DNA of 64,000 nucleotides from an uncultured bacterium (GTDB lineage: Bacteria; Omnitrophota; Omnitrophia; Omnitrophales; Aquincolibacteriaceae), in contig CAZOOM010000001.1 in NCBI GenBank assembly GCA_964581425.1, positions 5,183 through 69,182 of the forward strand. The letters run 5' to 3'. Position 1 is the first letter of the stretch, and each line of letters begins with the position of its first letter. A model generated the notes under the pieces. The model did not search any database. It saw only the letters and a program-made list of their open reading frames with translations, and was not told the origin of the DNA. The translations under genes and the position numbers were made by a program. Below, piece by piece: positions 8,450 to 18,423 of the stretch.

Positions 8450-10600
8450 ATGAAGGTCTATAAAAAAGTAGGGCTTGTTTTTTTTGCTATCGCAGTTATT
8501 TTGATGATTTCTGTGTCTTGGATGGGGTATATGGTTCAGAAACAGGCGAAAAGAGTTTTTTGTGAACGCAGTACAGAAATCGAAAAGTTATTTAAAAATA
8601 TTGTCAAGATGGAGGGTGAAAAACACCGGATATTTGTTTATGACTACACCTATTGGGATGAGATGATTGCATTTGTCAAAACACCAGATCCTGTTTGGGG
8701 TATTCAAAACATTGATGAAGGCATAAAAACTTACGAAGTTGACATCGCATGGGTGTGTCGGACAGACGGATCTATAGTCTATTCAAAATCAAAATCCAAT
8801 TTTAAATCTCTGCCTCTAAAAGCAGCTGAGAACGTAGCTGCGTTCGACAAGAGCCGCTTAACACATTTTTTTGTGGTAGATACCAGAGGCGTGATTGAAA
8901 TACAAGGGGCGACTATTCATCCCACCAATGACCCGGAAAGAAAAACTCCGCCTCAAGGTCTTTTTTTTGCGGGTAGGCTATGGGATCAAGCTCTGCTTCA
9001 GAACTTATCGGAGTTAACGGCGTCGGATGTTCGACTAGTTGTTGGAGAAGAAATCTTTGAGCGCGCGAAGAAGCCTGTTTCTTTGCCATCAACTATTAAT
9101 TTTTCTATGCCCCTTTCAGACATCAACGGAGCGCCTGTGGCGAGGCTCGATTTCATACGAAAATCCCCAATTTTGGAGCAAATTCATCAAGAATCAAAAA
9201 ATCAATTTTATATGTTGATTCTTGTTTTAACTCTTCTCTGGGTTCTAGTACTTTATTTACTTTATTGTTGGATTAATCGGCCGTTGCTTGCGATTTCCAA
9301 CGCTCTTCGTGATGAAAATCCATCGCGGCTATCTGAGTATCAAAAGAAAACGAACGAATTTGGTGAGATCAGTAGATTAATTCAGAAGTTCTTTCTGCAG
9401 AAGGAAGAATTGGTTCGTGAAATCTCTGAAAGAAAAAGATTTCAAGCTTCGATGGTGGAGTCTCAAAAACTTGAGGCTCTTGGAAAAATGGCTGGGGCCA
9501 TTGCTCATGACTTCAATAATCAGTTGACCACGATTCGTGGGTTTTGTGAGCTTTTGATGACGGAGATAGATCCTAAGACTTCAATGGGTGGATACGTGAA
9601 AGAAATTCAGGCAGCATCGGAACGTTCTACTGCTTTTACTAGCCAACTTTTGAGTTTTAGCAGTAAACATATTGTCATCAAGCAAGTGATGAATCTTAAT
9701 CAATTAATATCGGGGCTTATCACTATGCTTAATGTGACCATTGGAGAGAAATATCATCTTGAAGTGCAGTTGTCTCCGGATTTATATGAATGTGAAGTTG
9801 CTCAAGCACAAATTGAACAAGCGATTATTAATATTACTATGAACGCAAAAGACGCCATGCCAAATGGTGGAGAAATCAACATCACTACCAAGAATGTAAG
9901 CGTGAGTCAGGAGATGTCCGAATGTTCACAATTCCATGAAATTCATCCTGGCGATTACGCGGTGATTGAAATTTCAGATAACGGAATCGGACTGAGCGAA
10001 GAAGTTAAAAAACATCTTTTCGAGCCTTTTTTTACTACGAAAGAAATTGGAAAAGGAGCAGGTTTGGGTTTGGCGTCGGCTTTTACCAACGTTCGGCAGC
10101 ATGATGGGTTAATACAGGTTGAAAGCCAGCTTGGACAGGGAGCTACTTTTAGGATTTATTTACCCAAAAAGAATATGAGTGTAGCTATAGAAGTACCCAC
10201 GAAGCCTTTGGTTGAAACACTCGGAGGAAAGGAAACAATTTTATTGGCAGAAGATGAAGAGTCAGTTCGTAAAGTGATTGAAACTATGTTGGCATCAAAA
10301 GGTTACCGAGTATTTTCAGCTCACTGTGGCAAGCAAGCTCTTGATATTGCACAGAGTTCAACGGAAACGATTCACATTCTTTTGACGGATATGGTTATGA
10401 GTGATATGAAGGGCGTTGAACTAGGACAGAAAATTAAATCCATTCAGCCTCAAATCAAAGTACTTTATATGTCAGGATACGCTAGTTTAGATGAAGAGGA
10501 TCAAGCGAGGCGGGAGATGCCCAATTTTCTACAAAAGCCATTTAGTCAGCAGGTGCTCATGGCGAAAATTCGTGAAACTTTAAAACTTCATTCTTCGTAG
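8450..10600 (+). CDS. Hybrid sensor histidine kinase with an N-terminal TM, a periplasmic sensor domain, a second TM, HisKA, HATPase_c and REC.
   Basis: TM1 is VGLVFFAIAVILMISVSWMGYMV and TM2 is MLILVLTLLWVLVLYLLYCWI. The periplasmic domain between them is about 250 aa. H-box AHDFNNQLTTIRGF has its His near 9505. The ATP lid is DNGIGLSEEV...GKGAGLGL. REC is ILLAEDEESVR...LLTDMVMSDMKG. Confidence 0.85.
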   Translation: MKVYKKVGLVFFAIAVILMISVSWMGYMVQKQAKRVFCERSTEIEKLFKNIVKMEGEKHRIFVYDYTYWDEMIAFVKTPDPVWGIQNIDEGIKTYEVDIAWVCRTDGSIVYSKSKSNFKSLPLKAAENVAAFDKSRLTHFFVVDTRGVIEIQGATIHPTNDPERKTPPQGLFFAGRLWDQALLQNLSELTASDVRLVVGEEIFERAKKPVSLPSTINFSMPLSDINGAPVARLDFIRKSPILEQIHQESKNQFYMLILVLTLLWVLVLYLLYCWINRPLLAISNALRDENPSRLSEYQKKTNEFGEISRLIQKFFLQKEELVREISERKRFQASMVESQKLEALGKMAGAIAHDFNNQLTTIRGFCELLMTEIDPKTSMGGYVKEIQAASERSTAFTSQLLSFSSKHIVIKQVMNLNQLISGLITMLNVTIGEKYHLEVQLSPDLYECEVAQAQIEQAIINITMNAKDAMPNGGEINITTKNVSVSQEMSECSQFHEIHPGDYAVIEISDNGIGLSEEVKKHLFEPFFTTKEIGKGAGLGLASAFTNVRQHDGLIQVESQLGQGATFRIYLPKKNMSVAIEVPTKPLVETLGGKETILLAEDEESVRKVIETMLASKGYRVFSAHCGKQALDIAQSSTETIHILLTDMVMSDMKGVELGQKIKSIQPQIKVLYMSGYASLDEEDQARREMPNFLQKPFSQQVLMAKIRETLKLHSS

Positions 10601-10632
10601 TAAGCCAGGATTTTAAAGTAGAGAAGCGTTGA

Positions 10633-11718
10633 TTACTTTAGGATAATCTTAGCTGGAGGAAATCCGTTAAAGTTGGGGACAGCGCTTGCGCAGGAATAAG
10701 CCCCGATATTTTTCACGTAGACCACATCATTCATATAAAGTTCAGGAATTTCAGCGTCTGTAGCCAGAGTATCAAAAGAATCACACGTGGGTCCTGCCAG
10801 ACAACTTAAAAATTTCTGCCCTCGTCTTAGGGTTTTAAATTCGTATTTGCAGTGATCGAAAACCAGCCCTGAAAAATCCTGATAAACTCCGTCATTGATG
10901 TAGTAATAGTTTTTGTTATTACGGAAGGTACGGCCGACGACCTGAGTGACTAAGAGTCCTGCTGGTCCGGAGAAAAAACGTCCGGGTTCTGCAATAAAAT
11001 GGACTTTTTTGTCAAATTTGAGATGGCGGATATGTTTGCGAATCTCTGCAGCCATACGCTCAAAATTGATTCCGATTTCTCCGTCAAAATGGGGGATAGG
11101 GAATCCTCCGCCGATATCTACAATGCGTAGCAAAATCCCATTTTCCTTTGCCTCTTTAAAAATTCCAGATGTGATTTCAAGGGCCTGAAGATAAATCTCA
11201 ACATTTTTAGATTGAGAACCCACATGAAAACTAACGCCCACAGGGTGCAGACCAAGTTGCTTGGCTTTCTTCAGCATCAGAAAGGCGACTTCAGGGTCGG
11301 CACCAAATTTAAGGGAAAGATTGACCTGGCTTTTATCATTTTCAACTTTAAGACGGACAATGACATGAGCCCCGGGATAATGTTCCGCGATTTTATAAAG
11401 CTCGGGCTCGTTATCAAAAGTCATGAGTTTCACGCGCATGCGCTTTGCGGCCACAATGTCATCCACAGATTTGATGGTATTGGCAAAAATGATTTGATTC
11501 GGCTTGGCGCCGAGACGAAGCACTTGCCGCATTTCCCCAGCGCTTGCCACATCAAAACATGAGCCTAGTTTTAAAAAGGTCTGGATAATTTTAGGGTGAG
11601 GGTTTGATTTGATGGCGTAATAAGGAGTAACGTTTGGAAGCGCTTTTTGAAAGCGGCGAAACTGTTTTTCTAAAATCCCTTTACGAATGACCATAAAAGG
11701 GGTCTTGTGTTTTTTCAT
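10633..11718 (-). CDS. PLP-dependent group IV decarboxylase of the ornithine/arginine/lysine decarboxylase family. It is most likely an ornithine decarboxylase supplying putrescine.
   Basis: PLP-Lys motif YYAIKSNPHPKI. Gly-rich motif RIVDIGGGFP. Also FHVGSQ. The track ORF extends to 11862 and would overlap the hss stop at 11762 by 100 nt. Starts at 11718 (MKKHKTPFMV) or 11808 are more plausible. Confidence 0.8.
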   Translation of the reverse strand: MKKHKTPFMVIRKGILEKQFRRFQKALPNVTPYYAIKSNPHPKIIQTFLKLGSCFDVASAGEMRQVLRLGAKPNQIIFANTIKSVDDIVAAKRMRVKLMTFDNEPELYKIAEHYPGAHVIVRLKVENDKSQVNLSLKFGADPEVAFLMLKKAKQLGLHPVGVSFHVGSQSKNVEIYLQALEITSGIFKEAKENGILLRIVDIGGGFPIPHFDGEIGINFERMAAEIRKHIRHLKFDKKVHFIAEPGRFFSGPAGLLVTQVVGRTFRNNKNYYYINDGVYQDFSGLVFDHCKYEFKTLRRGQKFLSCLAGPTCDSFDTLATDAEIPELYMNDVVYVKNIGAYSCASAVPNFNGFPPAKIILK

Positions 11719-11761
11719 TAAAGTCCGGATGAGATTCTCTATTCCGGAGGGGTCAGCAGAC

Positions 11762-13273
11762 TTAGACTTTAACAGTTTCGGGGTGCTGAGAAGGCCGTTT
11801 GAGGGCATGGGCTCGCATTCTTTCCCGGTGATCGACGAGGAAAGTCGTAAACTGCCAGACATCTTCGTCTACAGGCCGGGGAATGTCGTACTTGGTGAAT
11901 TTAGTGTTAAGACTTTTTAGAGGAGTCCAATCAACGGCTTCGGAAATAAAGGGCTTGATGTAAGGCATAGCTGCCTTGATCACAAAATCATGATCCAAAT
12001 CATCTGGAACACAAACACCACTGCGAGGATTTTGGAGCATCCAAAGTGTGGCACCCAAAACACCTGCAGCCACCTGCATGGTCGTTGCTTGTTGATGAGG
12101 GATCAATTTGCGAGCCGAATGAATATCAAGAGTGCTGCCACACCACCAAGAATTGAAATCATGACCCATTAAGAGGACGCCAAGTTCATCGCGTCCATCG
12201 ATAATTTCATCAGACATGATACGCTGTCTGTCTTGCATGACAAACTGCCGCATTTCAAGTTCGTGCAAAGAGTTAATAGCTGAATCCGAAGGGCAGTAAG
12301 CGTAATGGACAGTAGGGCGGTAAATGGCTTTGTCATTTTCCCAAACTGTTAATTTATCGGAAATGCTGAAGGCTTCTCCGTGGCGGATGACCATACCCGT
12401 GATTTCTCCGCAAGGCACCCAGGACCTTACCCAGGTTTTCATTCCAATGGAGCTTAAGCAGATTTGATTCTTAGGCCCTTCTTTGTGAAAAACAGCGCTT
12501 TCAGGAATATATTTTTCGTGCGTTCCCCACCCAAGTTCTGCCGGAGCCACTCCTTCTTCATAAAAACCTTCAATGCTCCAGGTGTTTACAAACTCATTTA
12601 ACTCTTTGGGCTGTTTAGTGATTTGTGTATCGCGTTCGCTGATGTGAATAACTTTGACTCCGCTGATCATGGCTAAATGAGCAAAATCCAGATCTTTGAG
12701 AGCTCGCTCTAGATCTTTGCGCCTTGGATCACGTGTTTTTTCTTTGAGGATCTTTTCCGCGATTTGGATCAGTGCATATTTGGTAAAGTGAGACACTAAA
12801 CCAGGATTGGCCCCGTGATCCACGACCGCAGTAGTGCCTTCATTATCGCCCCATTTCTCAATCATGCGGCGAAGCTCCATCTGACGAGTATAAAGCGTAT
12901 ATTTTGTAGGATCATTCCTCTGGCTATCCTTATAAGGATCCCATTCCTCAACCGAGGTATTCATGTAGAGGACTTTGTTTTTGCGACACCAGTCAAGGAT
13001 AGCCCGGCATTCAATATTCCAGGCTAAATCAATGATCATGTCACCCGGTCCGGCATATTTACTCAGCAGCTGCTTGTAATTCTCTGGGGTGATGCGGTCT
13101 CGGACATAGTGGACGCCTTTTCTGATGGCATCTTGAACTCGCTTACGATTATCAACAAAATCCAGAATGGTGATTTTACTGGCAGGCATCTCGAGGTGTT
13201 TGAGAAGCATTGGGATGGCGCACTGGGCAACAGATCCGCAGCCGATCACTAACAGTCTTCCATTAAATTTCAT
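11762..13273 (-). CDS. hss: Homospermidine synthase (NAD-dependent).
   Basis: The N-terminal Rossmann segment LLVIGCGSVAQC is present. Strong matches to bacterial HSS blocks NTWSIEGF, PAELGWGTHE, HYAYCP, DGRDELGVLL and TDWTPL. The gene is about 500 aa. Confidence 0.85.
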   Translation of the reverse strand: MKFNGRLLVIGCGSVAQCAIPMLLKHLEMPASKITILDFVDNRKRVQDAIRKGVHYVRDRITPENYKQLLSKYAGPGDMIIDLAWNIECRAILDWCRKNKVLYMNTSVEEWDPYKDSQRNDPTKYTLYTRQMELRRMIEKWGDNEGTTAVVDHGANPGLVSHFTKYALIQIAEKILKEKTRDPRRKDLERALKDLDFAHLAMISGVKVIHISERDTQITKQPKELNEFVNTWSIEGFYEEGVAPAELGWGTHEKYIPESAVFHKEGPKNQICLSSIGMKTWVRSWVPCGEITGMVIRHGEAFSISDKLTVWENDKAIYRPTVHYAYCPSDSAINSLHELEMRQFVMQDRQRIMSDEIIDGRDELGVLLMGHDFNSWWCGSTLDIHSARKLIPHQQATTMQVAAGVLGATLWMLQNPRSGVCVPDDLDHDFVIKAAMPYIKPFISEAVDWTPLKSLNTKFTKYDIPRPVDEDVWQFTTFLVDHRERMRAHALKRPSQHPETVKV

Positions 13274-13591
13274 GATCGCTAAAGGGCCTTTCGATAAAAA
13301 AAATTAAAATGATTTTTTTGCAAACAGGAAAATTCTATCACAATTCTTTACAAGGTCAACGAAGAAGCGCGATTTTTAGCCATATTTTTGCATTTGATAA
13401 ATCATCAAACCGAAAAAAATCAAAAAATGTGACCAATGTTAGTTTTTCTTTCGATTTTATGCCGCGAATTCAAAAAATCGATTTTTGAAACAACGAAATT
13501 TTTTTTAAAACTAAATTTCGAATGAGATGATGAAAAAATACAAAAGATGAAACGAGCTCATTTGGAAATGAAGAACAAACGAAAAGGCCAG

Positions 13592-14338
13592 TTAGCTTTT
13601 TGGGAGATTGACGCCGATAAAATTGCGAGCTTTTTTGATTTGCTCAGAAGTCAGCGTGTGTTGGAGGCCGGGAACAAGATCTAATTCTACAGGGATGCCA
13701 ATTTTTTTGCAGGTTTCTACAAATTCATTCGCTTTTTCTGAGCGCCCAGTATCATCTGTTCCAATCGAGATAAAAAAGGAAATCGGCATATAGATTTGTG
13801 GCTCATCGTAGTATTCAGCCCCGATGGCTGCTACTGAGCGCACCAGGCCGGGACGCCATAAAGCAAAACGAATGGCAAATTGTGCACCGGAGGAATAACC
13901 AACCAGGGAAAGTCTGTCAGTTTTAATGGCATGTTTTTTTGATATTTGATTCAGAATTTCAAGCAAAGCAGTTCCTGACCAGCTGGAAGGAAATTGGTAG
14001 CTTGTTTGATTGTCCCAATCCTTTTCATTATGCTCAAAACGTAGACTTAATACTGTTACATTATTTTTCGCAGCAAAAAGTAGCCAGTCTGGAGACACGC
14101 GGTCTTGTCCTGATGAAGTCAGTGCATTAACGACAATGACTACGGATTGCGGGGACGCTGAAAAAGAAGGAAGTCTGAAGTACTGGTATTTAACCGTCTC
14201 ACTTTTACCGTCATGCTCAACTTGAATTTTACCCTTGCTAACACCTAAAAATTGAATTGCGGTAATAAGGGCAAAAATAATAATGAGAAAAAGTAAAAAA
14301 AATTCTAAGGAGAGATTTTTATAAGCTCGAGTATTCAT
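13592..14338 (-). CDS. Membrane-anchored or secreted alpha/beta-hydrolase (esterase/lipase-like).
   Basis: N-terminal hydrophobic anchor FFLLFLIIIFALITAIQFL. Nucleophile elbow GYSSG (GxSxG). A His and Asp are positioned downstream. Confidence 0.6.
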   Translation of the reverse strand: MNTRAYKNLSLEFFLLFLIIIFALITAIQFLGVSKGKIQVEHDGKSETVKYQYFRLPSFSASPQSVVIVVNALTSSGQDRVSPDWLLFAAKNNVTVLSLRFEHNEKDWDNQTSYQFPSSWSGTALLEILNQISKKHAIKTDRLSLVGYSSGAQFAIRFALWRPGLVRSVAAIGAEYYDEPQIYMPISFFISIGTDDTGRSEKANEFVETCKKIGIPVELDLVPGLQHTLTSEQIKKARNFIGVNLPKS

Positions 14339-14373
14339 AGGAAAGTGTCTAGCATTCTAAGGGAGTTTAAACA

Positions 14374-14432
14374 AAAAGGCGAGGTCCGTTTGCATCCCGA
14401 TATTGGTTTGCTAGGGTTTCCTCGCCTTTTGG
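14374..14432 (-). terminator. Candidate intrinsic terminator downstream of gpmA.
   Basis: On the minus strand, AAAAGGCGAGG...CCTCGCC is followed by TTTTTGTTT. The loop is long, so the structure is uncertain. There is also a separate 8-bp palindrome GAGCTCGA/TCGAGCTC at about 14442-14463. Confidence 0.35.
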
Positions 14433-14547
14433 GTATGAGCTCGAATTGTCTCGAGCTCTAACTTTTTCAAGAGAAAGAACATAACTTCGTCTAATAAAAA
14501 AATAACCCAAGATCGAAAAGTTGTCAAGATGCATTCTGGAGATAATC

Positions 14548-15297
14548 TCAACCCTTTGATTTACCTTGGCTTGCAACTGCATTCATAGCGGCTTCAACTT
14601 TGCTTTGATCTCCCAAATAATAGTGACGAATGGGTTTAAGGCGCTCATCGAGTTCGTAAACTAAGGGAATTCCCGTGGGAATATTGAGATTGACGATATC
14701 GATTTCAGAAATATTGTCTAAATATTTGACGAGTGCTCTTAAGCTGTTGCCATGAGCGGCAATCACGACGCGTTTGCCCGAACGAATCGCTGGAACTATA
14801 GCTTGATTCCAACAAGACATGACGCGCGCGACAGTATCTTTCAAACATTCGGTTAATGGAATTTCTGTTTTTGATAAGGTCTGGTATCGTGGATCTTTAG
14901 CCGGATTTCTGGGATCGGAAATCTCGAGAGCAGGAGGCGGGATATCGTAGCTTCTCCGCCAGATTTTTACTTGGCCTTCCCCAAATTTGGTAGCCATTTC
15001 CGATTTATTAAGTCCTTGGAGAGATCCGTAGTGCCTTTCATTGAGGCGCCAGTCTTTGATCACCGGAATCCACAAAAGATCCATGGGATCTAGAGCAAGC
15101 CAAAGCGTGCGAATGGCGCGCTTCAAAAGCGATGTAAAGGCAATATCAAAAACATAACCATCTTTTTTTAGAAGTTGTCCAGCTTCTGTGGCTTCAGCAA
15201 TGCCTTTTTCAGAAAGATCCACATCGGTCCATCCCGTGAATCGATTTTCTTTGTTCCATTGACTTTCACCGTGACGCAGCAAAACAAGCTTGAACAT
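14548..15297 (-). CDS. gpmA: 2,3-bisphosphoglycerate-dependent phosphoglycerate mutase.
   Basis: [32 protein letters not shown] gives the catalytic His in RHGxxxWN. The gene is 249 aa. Confidence 0.9.
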   Translation of the reverse strand: MFKLVLLRHGESQWNKENRFTGWTDVDLSEKGIAEATEAGQLLKKDGYVFDIAFTSLLKRAIRTLWLALDPMDLLWIPVIKDWRLNERHYGSLQGLNKSEMATKFGEGQVKIWRRSYDIPPPALEISDPRNPAKDPRYQTLSKTEIPLTECLKDTVARVMSCWNQAIVPAIRSGKRVVIAAHGNSLRALVKYLDNISEIDIVNLNIPTGIPLVYELDERLKPIRHYYLGDQSKVEAAMNAVASQGKSKG

Positions 15298-15394
15298 AAA
15301 TCCTCCAACTCATGATGGTATAAAAACAATTACGAGTGCGATAGTTTACACGTGAAGCTGCAAGACGAAAATAGAAAAATGATGGGATGCTGTT

Positions 15395-16675
15395 TTAGGT
15401 CCGATGTAGCTCAGCTAGCAAATCATCTTCGGTTGGTAGTGACTTGGCAGCATCTGGAGCTTCCATTTTGGAAGTGGAAACTGGCTCAGGGGAAGGCGGC
15501 GGATCTTTAGGAAGGAGGGTGAAGTTTTTGGCTTCAAGAAAGCCTTTGGAATAGCCTCCGATTCTTTCTTGTAAAAAGACAAAATTAATTTCCCGGATAT
15601 CTGCCTTTTTTGAAAAATTCAAAGGAAAATCAAAAACTGCCCAATCTTTTTCAATGCGCTTTACTGAAAAGGCTCTCAAAACACCACTGGCTGATTTTAG
15701 CTCAATTCTGAAATTTTCAGGAAAACCGCGTTCATGTGGATTGCGTCTGGCCATGAATCGCAGAGTCTTAAATTGCGACATATCCAGGTCACGCGTTTTC
15801 ATATAAAGGCCTGAGAAGGAACCTACAGGGAATACGTCGTACTCCATTTCCAAATAAACTTCACCGCTTAAGGGGTCTAACTTGAATTCTCGATTGGCAT
15901 AGCCGATTTTGGGAGTGTAAAAAGTCCCGTGATCAAAAACATAATCAAACAGATTTCCAGCTTTTTTTGATAAATCCAGCTGAGCTGCTTCCGAAGCTGC
16001 AGATTTAGGAATCAGTTCGTAGGCTTCACTAATTTGACGCCAGTCGCTCTGGGAAATTTTTTCAGCAAAGGGTTTTGATGGAGACGACTGAATGACCACC
16101 TTTTCCATGGATCGGATAGTGCCGTAAAATTTGCCGCGAAGATCCGTTAAGCTGGCAGTTCCTTTTAACATCCCCAGAAAGCCTTCATTCATCCCTGTTT
16201 GAGTGGCTGCAAGCGTCATATTGTTTCGACTCACGGTTTTAACAGAGCCCACAATAATCTCCAGGGGATGAGGGGAAATAGAGTCTTCGGAGGCTGCAAA
16301 GAGCGTACCCTTGCGCAGTTCTGTGCGAAAAGCAGGTTCTGCATTTTTTGCTTTTTGAGCTTTTGGGAAATAAAGCTCAGATTCAGGTTTTAAACGCATA
16401 CGGCTGACATCAGGAATTTGGAAATCAACCTCGCCGTCTTTCCCTGTTTTTAAGATATCGCCTGGGTTAAAAGCATAACCTCGTGTGCCTTTGATCCAAA
16501 TGTTTTGCGAAGCAGAAAAAATTTGGGCGTCTCCAAAAACATTTTCAAGCAAATAACCCGGAAGAGATTCTGACGAGGTGTTCGAGTTTTGATTCAGATA
16601 AAAGACAGCGGCTAAAATTCCGAAAGAAATGATAAGCGCTGGAATGGAAATCGGAGATTTTGACTTGAGTTTCAT
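15395..16675 (-). CDS. Secreted or membrane-anchored protein with an N-terminal FecR-like domain and a C-terminal domain I do not recognise.
   Basis: Signal anchor MKLKSKSPISIPALIISFGILAAVFYL. The stretch IWIKGTRGYAFNPGDILKTGKDGEVDFQIPDVSRMRLKPESELYF fits the FecR/PF04773 pattern. The C-terminal tail is proline-rich. Confidence 0.5.
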   Translation of the reverse strand: MKLKSKSPISIPALIISFGILAAVFYLNQNSNTSSESLPGYLLENVFGDAQIFSASQNIWIKGTRGYAFNPGDILKTGKDGEVDFQIPDVSRMRLKPESELYFPKAQKAKNAEPAFRTELRKGTLFAASEDSISPHPLEIIVGSVKTVSRNNMTLAATQTGMNEGFLGMLKGTASLTDLRGKFYGTIRSMEKVVIQSSPSKPFAEKISQSDWRQISEAYELIPKSAASEAAQLDLSKKAGNLFDYVFDHGTFYTPKIGYANREFKLDPLSGEVYLEMEYDVFPVGSFSGLYMKTRDLDMSQFKTLRFMARRNPHERGFPENFRIELKSASGVLRAFSVKRIEKDWAVFDFPLNFSKKADIREINFVFLQERIGGYSKGFLEAKNFTLLPKDPPPSPEPVSTSKMEAPDAAKSLPTEDDLLAELHRT

Positions 16676-16842
16676 GCGCAGATTTTATCACAGCTTGAAA
16701 ATCATGCCCAATAGAAACCTGCTGGACATAAGGGTGATGGATTTTGACAACTTTTGATAAGATTTGCTCAATATTCGAGCGTTTTAATCGATAATCATAA
16801 CCAGCGGCTGGGTTTCCAGTAGTACAGCATAGGAGTCGTTTT

Positions 16843-17463
16843 ATGGATTTTGTGATTTTGTCGTTTGCTTCGATTTTGGTGATTGTTGATCCTGTGAGTT
16901 TGATACCGACCTTTCTTGCGATGACTCCCCGAAACACCGTTCCTGAGAGAATCCGGCTCGCTGGTTTGGCTTCGCTATTTACATTCATGATCTTGCTCAT
17001 AACAGCGATTGCTGGAGAAAGAATTTTCAAGATTTTCGGAATTACGCTTTCCGCTTTTGAAATTGCCGGAGGAGTTATTCTTTTGTTGATTGCACTCGAT
17101 ATGCTTCGAGGACATCAAACAGAGGTGCGGGCGAGTCAGGAGGAACAAGAGGAGGGAACGGAAAAAGATAATATCGCAGTCACCCCGCTTGCTATGCCGA
17201 TGCTGGCGGGCCCTGGAGCTATGACCACCGTCATTCTTCTTGCAAGCCGTGCCGAAACGTGGACGAATAAGGCTATTTTAGTAGGAAATATATTTATAAT
17301 TTCGATGCTGACTTTCGGGATTCTTTACTTTGCTGCGATTCGCTCATCACATATCAGTGTCATCGCACTTAAAATCACAAGCCGATTCATGGGGCTTATT
17401 TTATCTTCGATCGCAATTCAATTTATTTTAAATGGGATTCGAACAGCACGCCTCTTCGCTTGA
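16843..17463 (+). CDS. MarC-family (UPF0056) integral membrane protein.
   Basis: MDFVILSFASILVIVDPVSLIPTFLAMT and the six-TM layout are typical of MarC/SnatA. Confidence 0.8.
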   Translation: MDFVILSFASILVIVDPVSLIPTFLAMTPRNTVPERIRLAGLASLFTFMILLITAIAGERIFKIFGITLSAFEIAGGVILLLIALDMLRGHQTEVRASQEEQEEGTEKDNIAVTPLAMPMLAGPGAMTTVILLASRAETWTNKAILVGNIFIISMLTFGILYFAAIRSSHISVIALKITSRFMGLILSSIAIQFILNGIRTARLFA

Positions 17464-17482
17464 TTCTGCTAAGATGCTTAGT

Positions 17483-17932
17483 TCAAATGTAGTACATCGA
17501 GGAATGATTTTTGCTGGATTTTTCCAAAAGATCAGCAAGGCTCGTTAGATTAAGAATTTTGGTCACAGAATCTCCAATTTCCTTCATGATCATGCGCACC
17601 GCGCAGCTTTGAAGATCTCGGCAGTCATCGCATCGCACTTGCTTCTTGGGATGCAAACAGGGAAGTGTATCCACCATGGATTCCTGAAACGGAATGATTT
17701 CGCCAAGGAGGATGTCTTGAGGCCTTCTGGCGAGAAGATAGCCTCCTCCTTTACCTTTTTTACTGGCAAGAAGGCCCTTGTTCTTGAGCTCAAGCAAAAT
17801 CAATTCCAGGAATTTTTTTGGAATCTGATTATTCTTGGCCAGATCAGAAATCAAGATAGGCTGTGAAGAACGAGATTTTTCAGCCAAATACAGCATGGCC
17901 TCAAGAGCGTACTTTACTTTTTTAGACAGCAT
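17483..17932 (-). CDS. Rrf2-family transcriptional regulator (IscR/NsrR-like) with a putative Fe-S-ligating Cys cluster.
   Basis: wHTH core MLSKKVKYALEAMLYLAEKS...ISDLAKNNQIPKKFLELILLELKNKGLL...GGGYLLARRP. Cys residues at CLHPKKQVRCDDCRDLQSC. The start is re-chosen at the internal Met to avoid overlap with Dps. Confidence 0.8.
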   Translation of the reverse strand: MLSKKVKYALEAMLYLAEKSRSSQPILISDLAKNNQIPKKFLELILLELKNKGLLASKKGKGGGYLLARRPQDILLGEIIPFQESMVDTLPCLHPKKQVRCDDCRDLQSCAVRMIMKEIGDSVTKILNLTSLADLLEKSSKNHSSMYYI

Positions 17933-17946
17933 TGCCGGCCTTTGAT

Positions 17947-18423
17947 TTAGACTTCGAGATGGGCGCGAAGCATCCACGCCATTTTTTCATGCTGTTCCAT
18001 GAGTCCGGTTAAGAAATCACTCGTGCCCATGTCATGGTGTTTTTCTCCGGTCACGGCAAGGTCTTGACGCAGTTGACGCACAAGAGTTTCATGATCTTCA
18101 AGGAGGTCATCAATCATCGCAGTTGCTTTTGGAGAGCTTCCCACTGACTCACTCAAACGTGTGGCTTTCAAATATTCCGAAAGTGATCCAGCAGCTTTGC
18201 CTCCTAAAGCAACGACTCGCTCGGCCACTTCATCAATGATTTTCTCAAGCTCGTCATATTGAGCTTCGAAAAATTTATGAAGCTCGCTAAAGTTCGGACC
18301 TTTCACGTTCCAATGATAGTTGCGGGTTTTTACATAAAGCAGGGTTTCATCTGCAAGGAGCGCATTTAATAGGACGGTGATGGTTTTGAGATCTTTTTCA
18401 TTAATTCCTAGATTGTGTTTCAT
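17947..18423 (-). CDS. dps: Dps-family DNA-binding ferritin-like protein.
   Basis: NALLADETLLYVKTRNYHWNVKGPNFSELHKFFEAQYDELEKIIDEVAERVVALGG shows the Dps ferroxidase-site His and Asp/Glu pattern. It is about 159 aa from the Met at 18423. There is a good RBS, GAAAGGAA, upstream. The track ORF extends further, to 18618. Confidence 0.85.
   Translation of the reverse strand: MKHNLGINEKDLKTITVLLNALLADETLLYVKTRNYHWNVKGPNFSELHKFFEAQYDELEKIIDEVAERVVALGGKAAGSLSEYLKATRLSESVGSSPKATAMIDDLLEDHETLVRQLRQDLAVTGEKHHDMGTSDFLTGLMEQHEKMAWMLRAHLEV

Noticed and set aside
14367-14582. 71-aa ORF between gpmA and the esterase
   Set aside because: It covers the hairpin or terminator region and has no RBS or motifs. 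It is most likely non-coding.
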